Assembly: GCA_002269645.1 (NCBI GenBank)
Contig: NIVC01002249.1
Location: 124,001 to 188,000, forward strand
Direction of reading: 5' to 3'
From: Macrostomum lignano
Lineage: Eukaryota
DNA length: 64,000 bases
Position numbers and translations under genes: made by a program. Positions 48,401 through 57,728 of the stretch are shown here, in pieces (the stretch's first letter is position 1; the number at the start of each line of letters is the position of its first letter). The notes under the pieces are model-generated. The model was not told where the DNA came from. It ran no database searches and saw nothing but the letters and a program-made list of their open reading frames with translations.

Positions 48401-49601
48401 CTAACCAATCCCAATGACTGGTAGTGAATTCACTCTAATTCACTACCTAACTAATCCCAAATGACTGGAAGTAAAGTCACCAATCCTAACCAATCCTAAT
48501 AGCCGGAAGTGAAGTCACCCTAAGCCAGTACCAATGACTGGTAGTGAATTCACTCTATCTAATCCCCAATGACTGAAAGTAAAGTCACTCTAACTAATCC
48601 CAATAACCGGAAGTGAAGTCACTCTAACCAATCCCAATGACTAGTAGTGAATTCACTCTAATTCACTCTAACCAATCCCAATGACTGGTAGTGAATTCAC
48701 TCTAATTCACTCTAACCAATCCCAATGACTGGTAGTGAATTCACTCTAATTCACTCTAACCAATCCCAATGACTGGTAGTGAATTCACTCTAATTCACTC
48801 TAACCAATCCCAATGACTGGTAGTGAATTCACTCTAATTCACTCTAACCAATCTCAATGACTGGTAGTGAATTCACTCTAATTCACTACCTAACTAATCC
48901 CAAATGACTGGAAGTAAAGTCACCAATCCTAACCAGTCCTAATAGCCGGAAGTGAAGTCACCCTAAGCCAGTACCAATGACTGGTAGTGAATTCACTCTA
49001 TCTAATCCCCAATGACTGGAAGTAAAGTCACTCTAACCAATCCCAATAACCGGAAGTGAAGTCACCCTAACCAATCCTAATAGCCGGAAGTGAAGTCACC
49101 CTAACTAATCCCAAATGACCGGAAGTAAAGTCACTCTAACCAATCCCAATGACCGGAAGTAAAGTCACTCTAACCAATCCCAATGACCGGAAGTAAAGTC
49201 ACTCTAACCAATCCCAATGACCGGAAGTTAAGTCACTCTAACCAATCCCAATGACCGGAAGTGAAGTCACCCTGACCCAACCGCTACGTCACACTCCAGA
49301 GCGCTGGAGGCGGCTGCCGCCTTACTTCCAGATGCACCGCCGGTTCCGGTTCCGTATGGAATCCTGTCGGGCGCTCTTCTTAGCCAAGTTCGGCCAAAGC
49401 GAGAAACTGTGGCTCACCAACAACACCCTGGCTATTCACCGGTTCATGCACCTGGGCTACCTGGACAACAGACATCGTCGAGGCGCCAGATTCGACCTGG
49501 CCAAAGTGGCACCGGATGTCCGAGTGCTGCGCTATAAAACTGACTCGGCGGAGATCGAGCGCCAATCGAATGCCTGCTTTTTGCCGCCCGGCGCCAGGTA
49601 G
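36419..49601 (+). CDS. GT32-family DxD glycosyltransferase (SUR1/CSH1/OCH1-like), type II membrane, multi-exon
   Basis: Exon 1 from 36419 carries a TM (LVYIVAVALLCYISY). Exons 44680-45021, 45628-45834, 47278-47436 and 49300-49601 join in frame: LPPLFHQIY..NYPDFAYVLWTDDD..LQRSDALRYFILSYFGGIYADMDVQCLRP..NSVMGC..HPFF..STGPLLLT. Linkage of exon 1 (possible extra exon from 37848) is tentative. Confidence 0.85.
37095..37750. repeat. 17-bp minisatellite
   Basis: GATAGCAAGCATCCCCC with variable C runs. Confidence 0.92.
38255..38433. repeat. 35-bp minisatellite, left part (split by retrotransposon)
   Basis: AATGTACACTATATCAACTAGAATGGGGAATCCCG; the same array resumes at 44325. Confidence 0.9.
38528..42263 (-). 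pseudogene. ORF2: AP endonuclease, reverse transcriptase, RNase H, C-terminal CCHC motif (disrupted)
   Basis: APE: QINLQH, LIQEPW, GDLNAHH.W, SDH. RT: FRPISLTS, LDIVGAFD, PQGGVLTP, YADD. RNase H: YTDGSK, FQNEV, SDSQAAL, WVPGH.G..GNELAN. C-terminal CSFC..ETAEH..C. In-frame TAG at 41559-41561; frameshifts near 41325, 40860, 40740 and 39115. Confidence 0.92.
42303..43805 (-). CDS. Retrotransposon ORF1 (500 aa, intact, no CCHC knuckles; DUF4780-like core)
   Basis: Open 500-aa frame directly upstream of ORF2, with basic and low-complexity ends. The core ..VLLRLNPDLPASGL..GNSIVLGLS..FQLGALKLKMR resembles LOA/Lian-type ORF1 (by recall). Confidence 0.8.
   Translation of the reverse strand: MAFEPTMDNQAFSRYGDPSKPQPQSEGPAGPAGRSQPTDSTVAKEGPAGSAGRSDQSYQTQNAQRPASSAGGSKGTASSEPKGPAKSGRSDEAQRAQLERKRAKQRAKRQAKKGAAGAKAAASTMDAEATGAPRQPGGPAGGSSSSSAAALPGDAAAAAEAETTAQQMATANKEVPSGATFAAKAKAKIPGVIIQGRGQDWTTDQLQKVWSAVDSYLIGLTVEEGISIGIERMVLRSTFVLIAPSSEEDARQLLQRLPTVSLDADLGGALFLREGQRPKTIPYVVFVPAKSTAAGPDVIHRVLLRLNPDLPASGLVYHRQVRKGETGNSIVLGLSSTWASRYPNGSSFQLGALKLKMRRGKSAKGKATANPGISGKSGAQSKAQGKAQADPKAEAASRPSASSSSATAVTAPAKPWEPNLPVGEGVEDEAGSSESELSSATLVGSEGKDAGEEASILSSEPEDSAGGAGGGEEAMDVDQLPSPSQAPAAWDEDDLLSKSP
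44325..44620. repeat. 35-bp minisatellite, right part
   Basis: Same unit as 38255-38433. Confidence 0.9.
45881..46125. repeat. 40-bp minisatellite in GT32 intron
   Basis: ATAGATTAGCAATCCATTCTGCTCCTTCTGTTGATGTTRR, about 6 copies. Confidence 0.9.
47455..49270. repeat. ~34-bp minisatellite in GT32 intron, including a 657-bp segmental duplication
   Basis: AATGACTGGTAGTGAATTCACTCTAACCAATCCC and variants; exon tail re-appears at 48043. Confidence 0.9.
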
Positions 49602-50198
49602 AGCCATGGACAACTAAGTTAGAAGGACGAAAAATTCATCAATAAGCTATGTACCTGCGGATAGAACGTTTTTAAGCACTAAATTGACCCTTCGGAAGTG
49701 CCGAATTCCGAATGAAGCAAGCATTCGTTTTGTCCGAGGAGCGCTATAGCAAGTTTGTCTATGGCAAAATCAAGGACATAAAACTTCAAAATCGTGTCTT
49801 TTTTGGAGGCCAATTTCCTGGAAAAAGTACACTGCGGAGATAAGAAACATTCAATGATTAGATTCGATCTAGGGCAGTGAAGATTGCCGTTTTTTATTTA
49901 GCATTCACAGCACGTTACTCTGCTATACTTTATATGGCTGAAAGTTTTATTTTCATGTTTATTTTTTAGATATTTCGTAGGCCCAAAGTTGCATGTACAA
50001 ACCGTGTGCATTGAAATGAAATTATGCCTAAACTAAAAGAGAGGTAATCTTCGCTGCCCCAGATAAAATGCAATAAGTGATTAGGAGATTAAAATACGAG
50101 TATTTGATTTTTCCTATTTCCGCAGTGTATTTTTCCAGGAAATTGGCCTTCAAAAATACGCGATCTTGAGTATTACGTCTTTTTTAATCACAGTGGTC

Positions 50199-51121
50199 CA
50201 CTGGCGTAGCCAGGAATTTCAATTGGGAGGGCGGGTTTGCTTGGCTGGCCATGCCTTATGCCATTGTCACTTTTGGCGCCGCAGGCACTCATTTTGGCGC
50301 CGCAGGCACTCATTTTGGCGCCGCAGGCACTCATTTTGGCGCCGCAGGCACTCATTTCGGCGCCGCAGGCACTCATTTTGGCGCCGCAGGCACTCATTTT
50401 GGCGCCGCAGGCACTCATTTTGGCGCCGCAGGCACTCATTTTGGCGCCGCAGGCACTCATTTCGGCGCCGCAGGCACTCATTTTGGCGCCGCAGGCACTC
50501 ATTTTGGCGCCGCAGGCACTCATTTCGGCGCCGCAGGCACTCATTTTGGCGCCGCAGGCACTCATTTCGGCGCCGCAGGCACTCATTTTGGCGCCGCAGG
50601 CACTCATTTTGGCGCCGCAGGCACTCATTTTGGCGCCGCAGGCACTCATTTCGGCGCCGCAGGCACTCATTTCGGCGCCGCAGGCACTCATTTTGGCGCC
50701 GCAGGCACTCATTTTGGCGCCGCAGGCACTCATTTTGGCGCCGCAGGCACTCATTTCGGCGCCGCAGGCACTCATTTTGGCGCCGCAGGCACTCATTTTG
50801 GCGCCGCAGGCACTCATTTCGGCGCCGCAGGCACTCATTTTGGCGCCGCAGGCACTCATTTTGGCGCCGCAGGCACTCATTTTGGCGCCGCAGGCACTCA
50901 TTTTGGCGCCGCAGGCACTCATTTTGGCGCCGCAGGCACTCATTTTGGCGCCGCAGGCACTCATTTCGGCGCCGCAGGCACTCATTTTGGCGCCGCAGGC
51001 ACTCATTTTAGCGCCGCAGGCACTCAATTGCCTCGTGGTTTTTGGTACCCGCCGCGCGTAACCCCATCCCCCAGGCGATTGCAGGCCGCGGCCTCCCGCC
51101 TCCCCCCTGACTACGCCACTG
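50199..51121. mobile_element. Non-autonomous hAT MITE, 923 bp, containing a 21-bp VNTR
   Basis: TIR CACTGGCGTAGCCAGG / CCTGACTACGCCACTG; exact 8-bp TSD CAGTGGTC at 50191-50198 and 51122-51129. Confidence 0.9.
50271..51026. repeat. 21-bp tandem array, about 36 copies
   Basis: TTTYGGCGCCGCAGGCACTCA. Confidence 0.97.
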
Positions 51122-51744
51122 CAGTGGTCCTTGGGTAAAAACCCGATCTCAATCTCGGACAAAATCACGCACTTGCTTCATTTCCTGATCCGAAGTCCAG
51201 AATAATAAAAAACTTTCAATTCAGTGTTCAAAAAACGGAAAAATTTTAATCTCGCCATTGCATTTTGCTGCGAGATCGGGCCTTTCATACGACTTGCCGA
51301 GCGCAGCGTCCTGCTGCTTCAGTTCCCCATCAGTTGACTCGAATATCACATATTTCATGCCCATGCCCAATCTGTGTTCGAATTTAAGCCTTAGTGTTTT
51401 TAATAAATTATTTCGTTTATCTTTTCTGATTTTATTAAAATATATTGCTGTGATTTATAAAAAGTTGCTTTTACTACTAACTAAGTAGCTTAATTCTTTC
51501 GATTAAAAAATAAATAATAAAAAAGTAGAGATACAACAGTAGGTTTGGATAATTTTGAGAATTTTAGAAAAATTACATCCGCATGTTGTATGGAATTCTT
51601 GATAAGCGTAGTAAAGAAAAATTTGAGCAATATTCCATAAAATTTATTTCTATAAAATCTGCGGGTATTCTCTGTGTCCTTGTCTTACACTCTGTTGCCC
51701 TCTGTTGCCTTCTGTTGCCCTGTGTTACCCTCTGACCCTCTAAC

Positions 51745-52050
51745 CCCGGCCTGTTCCGTCCAAGCGACCTGTTGCGCCGTCGGCGACTCCAGCTGGCAGG
51801 CCATTTCATCCGCGCCGAGTCGTACTGCCCACAGCCGGTGCAGGAGGTGCTGCTGCTGCTGACGCTGCAGGCACCCTGCCGGCGGGGGCAGGCGCACACT
51901 CAGCGTTCGTCGACTGCCTGCTGGCTGACGCCGGCCCGGACACTGCCGGACACTGCCGGCGGTGCGGCCTACGTTCGCGCCCAGGCCTTGAAACGCGCCC
52001 TGTGACATGGTTCCACGCTTGACTGGCTGACAATGTATTTTGTTGTTGTT
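51745..52050 (+). mobile_element. 5'-truncated RTE-like LINE 3' fragment
   Basis: LRRRRLQLAGHFIRAESYCPQPVQEVLL..RRGQ..(shift)FVDCLLADAG is typical of an RTE-type ORF2 C-terminus; short (TTG)n tail follows. Confidence 0.65.
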
Positions 52051-54316
52051 ACCCTTTTTGCCCTCTATTACCCTCTGTTGCCCTACACTACCCTCTCTTT
52101 ACCGTATTCTGCCACAATATTAACTTCTTACTCTGTTTTCCTACTCGATAGTTTACTTGCTAAGTTTGTTAATCGCTAAGGGAAATGAGTAATCAGCTTA
52201 CTAAATTTCAACTTGGTTTTTACACAGACGCCACCTTCCCCGTCTTGCTGAATACGGCCGCCATGCATATGGATGCATATAATGCATATAAGAGTGCAAC
52301 AACAGACAAAGCAAGGTGTTTAGCTTAAATCCGCGAGAACAGAGAAGAAAAGAAGAGAAGAAGAAAGAAGAAAAAAAAGCAAGAAAAAAACAAAATCTAC
52401 ATTTTACATTATTGTACAGCCAGCAGTATGAGCTGCGGTGAAGCGCATAATGAAAAAGTCTCACCAGGATCACAGATATTTTCTGCTAAGTATCATAGCT
52501 CTCTCACCAGCTCAGAGAGCTTACCCGCGTGTAAATTGCAGTCTAATTTTAGACGCCTTTATTACACACTTATGTGCCATCTCCGGAATTCTAAAAAAAC
52601 ACATGTAAAAAATACATCCTGGTAACTAATTAGCATATATACGAGTAGTTGCACTGGAAGTGGAAGTCATAAGAAATTTTTTGCGCAAGTTGATTCGTTT
52701 AGAATTGTCGGAAACGACAGTAAAGAATTCATACATTTTTGTGTATTTAAAACCAGAATACAAGAAGCAGGAAATTTTAACAGTTTTGTTCTTAAAAGAA
52801 TTTCCTTTTTAACTCCTCGAAACTCGAAGCGTCATGTAAGTATTTGCATTAAACACAGACTTACTGTATTTTTGTACTTATAACAATCCTTGTACTTTTA
52901 TAAGGAATCCTCTATTCCAAGTATTAGAAATGCAGAAAGAAGGTACTCTGAAACTACGGGAACTGAAGCGACCATAGAGAATTCCTATAGACTTTTCTCC
53001 AAAAAAATATCAACGATTTAGAATTAAAATATTAGTAATATTGTCAAGACACTACGTTTTAGACTATATATGGAGCACAACTAGCTTAATGAGGGTTTTA
53101 AATCGTCTGTTTTTGCATTTGGCTTCAACTTGCCTACTTGTACTCACAATAGAGAATAGTGCACAGACAGAAAATGTACAGGAGTGCAGCGCGGTCAAAC
53201 TGCAAGTGAGAGCAGAGGGAGAGAGACATAGTACTAACTAACGTACACCAAGGCTAAAAAATGAATGTGTTCATTGTGTAAATGTGCAGTCTTTAAATCC
53301 ACCAGTGTTTCCTGGAAATTGCCCAAATTTCATTGAGGATTTCTAGGAAATTCATCTTAGCTCTTTTGCGTCTGCATGTATAATCAGGAATTAGGAACTT
53401 TGGAATTAACCTTACTGTATTCTCGTATACAGGGAAAGCTGGGGCGAGACTAAGGCGAGAGTTTCAGAGCAGGTTGTTACTAGGGATTAAAAAATCCCGG
53501 TTTTTGTCAATCCCGGGATTATCCATCTCGTTAAATCCCGAATCCCCGGGATCCCAAAGAAATTATTCTTAATTCCGGGATCCCGGAGTAAAATATGATC
53601 GCAGTAGAGATTTAACATTTACCAACTACATTAAGCCAGAAATACAATCAAATGCAAATGATTTCATGAGCCAACTGTACTTGTTGAAATTGTAACGTTC
53701 TACCTTTCTTGTGTACTTTATTAACGTGTAGATTATTTTTTATTTTGTATAGCTACGCTCGTACATGCTGCCACAACAAGTCTACCGATTTGGTCTAAAA
53801 AGTAACAATAACATCAGTTATATAAGTCGATAAATATTAGCGTGAGAAAATGGTTTCAGTTTACAAATGATTTGAATTCATGCTAAAAATCAAAGAAAAA
53901 TGGAGAATAATAGGGTGGGACTAAGAGGTTTGACAAGAAAGAAAGATTGCTAGAGAGAGCAGAGAGGAAGGAAGGAGTAGGAGTGGAGAAAGAGGAAAGA
54001 GAAGAGAGAGGAGAGAAGAGAGAGGAGAGGAGAAAGAAGAAAGAGAAGAAGAAGAGAGGAGAGAGGAGAGAGAAGAGAAAGAGGACACAAACAGTAGAAT
54101 TATGCTAAAGGGCTAAAGAGACTCGACCTTAAAATGTTGTGCAGGAAGATGCTCTGAAACTTGCCTATCTGCATGTTTCTGTCGTGTGTAGATGAAAAAC
54201 TGTTTAACCTAAACTTTCATACAGTTCTGGCGATCATGAATAAGTCCTTGGCCAGGCATGCAGGGCAGGTACTGCCATAGACTAATCCATTACCACCCTC
54301 AGAGTTGCTGTGAATC

Positions 54317-56009
54317 ATGACGGGCAGTGAGCAGCCAATTCTAGTTGACACGGAATCCAGCGACACAATCGACACCGAGTGCTGCAACGGCGTTTACAAA
54401 AATTCTATTGAGCAAAAGTTCGAAGCAAGAAAGAAGCATAATCCTAATATTTCCAGTTTAATAATTTGCATTTTGCTTTGCGGGATTTTATTGGCGCTGC
54501 AGTGCCTAACTGTGTCCTGGTGGATCGACTACAAGGCTGCTGTGAGTGAGAAAGTTGTTTATTGCATTTAATCGACCATATCACCCGCCTTCTGAACACA
54601 TAATAGCTTATCAAATCCAAATAAAACTGCTATCTGGATTATTGAAATTTCACTCACAAGTTTCATTCATAGAATGGCTCTTTGATTTGCATTTTTCCAG
54701 AGAGCCGCTTCGGAAGTTCCCTACTCCATCGACGTTGGCATTGATGCCGCACGGCTGGGCCTGTGTGCCGACGGCAGCCACCATGGCGACTCGTTGGACA
54801 GCTATGCAGAATCGTGTGCAATAGTCTATGACAATGGGTCCATCGCTATGCGGTCCGGATGTGAGTGATGCAAAGAAATAAAATGATTTGTCTGAGACAA
54901 TTTAGGGACGCAAATCATCAAAAGCAAACAGGAGTTTCTCTAGTCTAGATGCTGGTTTTGTATCCCAGGTTTTTGTCAAGAAATGATTTCGGAGAGTCAG
55001 ACTCAGAAGACCGACCGGCTAGCAAGCAAAGTTACGGAGAAATTTCTGTTGCTCCCACCTCTTTAGTGTATTTTCTCTCTGGAATGCCCGTTTTCAAACA
55101 CTCAAAACATCAGACCGTTCTTAGAGGGTGAACTTCCTATCTGTATTTTGCGAGTGTTACGTCCTTTTATTTTAATGGCTGTGTTGTGTCACGACTTTCG
55201 TAGTCATTTCTTCAGTTCATCCGCCTCGTCGTCTGTTTACTCCTGTTTTCTCTCCCTTTTTGTCTAGTTCAGTCCTGCCATTCTTATCTCTCTCCCTAGC
55301 GGCCTTCTGATTGGCTCTTCAATCTAGGGCTCTTTCCCCAGTCGCCCACCCACCCCCTATTTGTTATCAGCACGCGACCCTCCTAATTAAATGTTTATCT
55401 GGCCCTGCACTGCAATGCACTCACTTTAATCAAATCAAAAGTGCATCCAGTGCTTTATTATTTTCTGCACAAATACTCGTAGTTAGTGTGCTATACAGGC
55501 TGTACACAGGCCTCAGATGCAAGCCACCTAACTGCCTACCTTGCAAATGTTATACGATGCTCGCCTCCCCTCCTGCGCAAATTTCAGTGGGCCAGCCCAT
55601 CGCCCCGCTGAAGCAGCTGACAGTAGCTGTAGGCCAAAAGGCGGCGGCATCGGCGGTCGTCCCAGTCAGACTGCAGCAGCCAGTCGGGAGTAGCGAGCTG
55701 ACGGTCGCTCAGACCGGTCTGTACCAGCTGGACACTCAGGTCACTTTCGTTGAGCCAAACTACGGTGATAACGTTGGAGTCTACCTGTCAATCAACGGAC
55801 GCTGCGTTGCTCAATGCAACAGGTATTGCGCAATTGACTTACAGCCCGCTTCATCTTCGCAGCTCAGCTGTCCCATATCGATCATTCGGAGGCTGGATGC
55901 TGGTTCGAAAATTTCCATCAAAGCTGACCCGTTGCTGCGGGTGGCAACAAACCCTGCGGAGACCTACTTGAGAGTGTCCAGGCTGCCCCTAAAGACAGTC
56001 GAGTTTTAA
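54317..56009 (+). CDS. TNF-superfamily ligand-like type II membrane protein, 3 exons, about 268 aa
   Basis: Exons 54317-54541, 54701-54860 and 55588-56009 join in frame. TM LIICILLCGILLALQCLTVSWWI; C-terminal jelly-roll pattern ELTVAQTGLYQLDTQVTF..VYLSING..C..SCPISIIRRLDAGSKISIK..TYLRV. Confidence 0.65.
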
Positions 56010-56319
56010 TATTATTAATAATCATTAACTTGCTTTATCTGCAACTGCTGTTCATTAACTGTTAAATTGCTCTGCTATCTCGGCACTAATGTATTCAATC
56101 ACATACGTAAATGTAGGAAACAAAGGATTGCTCAGTTTTAATTTAATTACTTATGTTAAATCATGGTAATACGCTCGTAAATCTAATTCAATATTCATTT
56201 TGAGTTATTATGATTCTCTGAAGTACATTCAGAGCTAACTGGGTTTTGAATTTCAGGCTGAAAGAGGATTTGAGTGAGAAAGGTGGAATAGAGGGGCACT
56301 GAGACAGATGTGAGAAATT

Positions 56320-57140
56320 AGGGGGGAGGGATGAGAATGGAGGGTTGAAAAGGAAGGGATGAGAAGGGGAAGGGTTGAGAAGGAGGGGACGAGAAGTGGA
56401 GGGGTGAGAAGGGGGATGAGAAGAGGGGTGAGAAGGGAGGGATGAGAAGAGAGGTATGAGGAGGGAGGGGTCAGAACTAAGGGATGAGAAGGGAGGGGAC
56501 GAGAAGGGGAGGGGTGAGAAGGGGGGATGAGAGAGAGGTGTGAGGAGGGAGGGACGAGAAGGGGGAGGGGTGAGAATGGAGGGACGAGAAGGAGGGGACG
56601 AGAAGGGGAGGGGTGAGAAGGGAGGGACGAGAAGGGGGAGGGGTGAGAATGGAGGGACGAGAAGGAGGGGACGAGAAGGGGAGGGGTGAGAAGGGAGGGA
56701 CGAGAAGGAGGGGACGAGAAGGGGAGGGGTGAGAAGGGAGGGACGAGAAGGAGGGGACGAAGGGGGATGAGAAGAGAGGTGTGAGGAGGGAGGGACGAGA
56801 AGGGGAGGGGTGAGAATGGAGGGACGAGAAGGAGGGGACGAGAAGGGGAGGGGTGAGAAGGGAGGGACGAGAAGGAGGGGACGAAGGGGGATGAGAAGAG
56901 AGGTGTGAGGAGGGAGGGACGAGAAGGGGGAGGGGTGAGAATGGAGGGACGAGAAGGAGGGGACGAGAAGGGGAGGGGTGAGAAGGGAGGGACGAGAAGG
57001 AGGGGACGAGAAGGGGAGGGGTGAGAAGGGAGGGACGAGAAGGAGGGGACGAGAAGGGGAGGGGTGAGAAGGGAGGGGTGAGAAGAGAGGTGTGAGGAGG
57101 GAGGGGTGAGAACTAAGGGATGAGAAGGGAGGGGTGACAA
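56320..57140. repeat. GA-rich minisatellite / low complexity
   Basis: GAGAAGGGAGGGACGAGAAGGAGGGGAC variants. Confidence 0.9.
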
Positions 57141-57728
57141 GAGGGGCTAAGGATGGGAGGCAGAGGGAATATAAAGAATTATTCTCCTCAGAATGTTTTC
57201 TCTTAAACAACAAAGAGACGAAGTCGCATGCAGTGGATTTCTGAACTGCCGCAGAAAAGTTCCGTTAACCGTTCTGTGCAGTGCGTTTACTTTTCAATTC
57301 TCTTAGTGAGAGAAATACAAGAAATAAAAAGTATGGAGGGCGATATTTTGTCCGGCCTGTGTTCAGGAATGTTGAGCAGATTGCGCAGGTGTTACAGGTA
57401 TACAGGTACAGGCATACAAGTCTTTATTTAACCGGAGCAAAGTATAAAAAATAAAGCATTGTATATCTTTACTCTGTTGTGGGTGTCGGGTTGGGAGCGG
57501 TGAGGTACGAGTTACAAATCCTCTTCAAGTTGTCGGTAGGCTTCAAATAAATTAGGTATAGTGAAAGAAAACTTTAATAATAAGTTAATAAAAACATGTC
57601 GTTGGTCAATGTCGTAATTAAAAAAGTATTAAAATTGTGTTTTTTGTTAAGAAAAATTATCTTAGATAAGCAACTAAAGTACAAATTGAACTAACTGAGG
57701 CATATAATATGAGTACTGTACTTTTGAT

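Larger units (their letters stand above)
49660..51240. mobile_element. Older foldback/MITE-like element with diverged long inverted arms, interrupted by a hAT MITE
   Basis: 49781-49853 is inverted-similar to 50103-50173 (GGCCAATTTCCTGGAAAAA..TACACTGCGG). Similarity resumes after 51129 (AATGAAGCAAG..TTTTGTCCGAG; CGTTTTT..CACT.AATTGA). Ends approximate. Confidence 0.6.

Noticed and set aside
53480-53590. hAT-like left end (TAGGGA.. with ATCCCG motifs)
   Set aside because: No matching right end or TSD found in the window.
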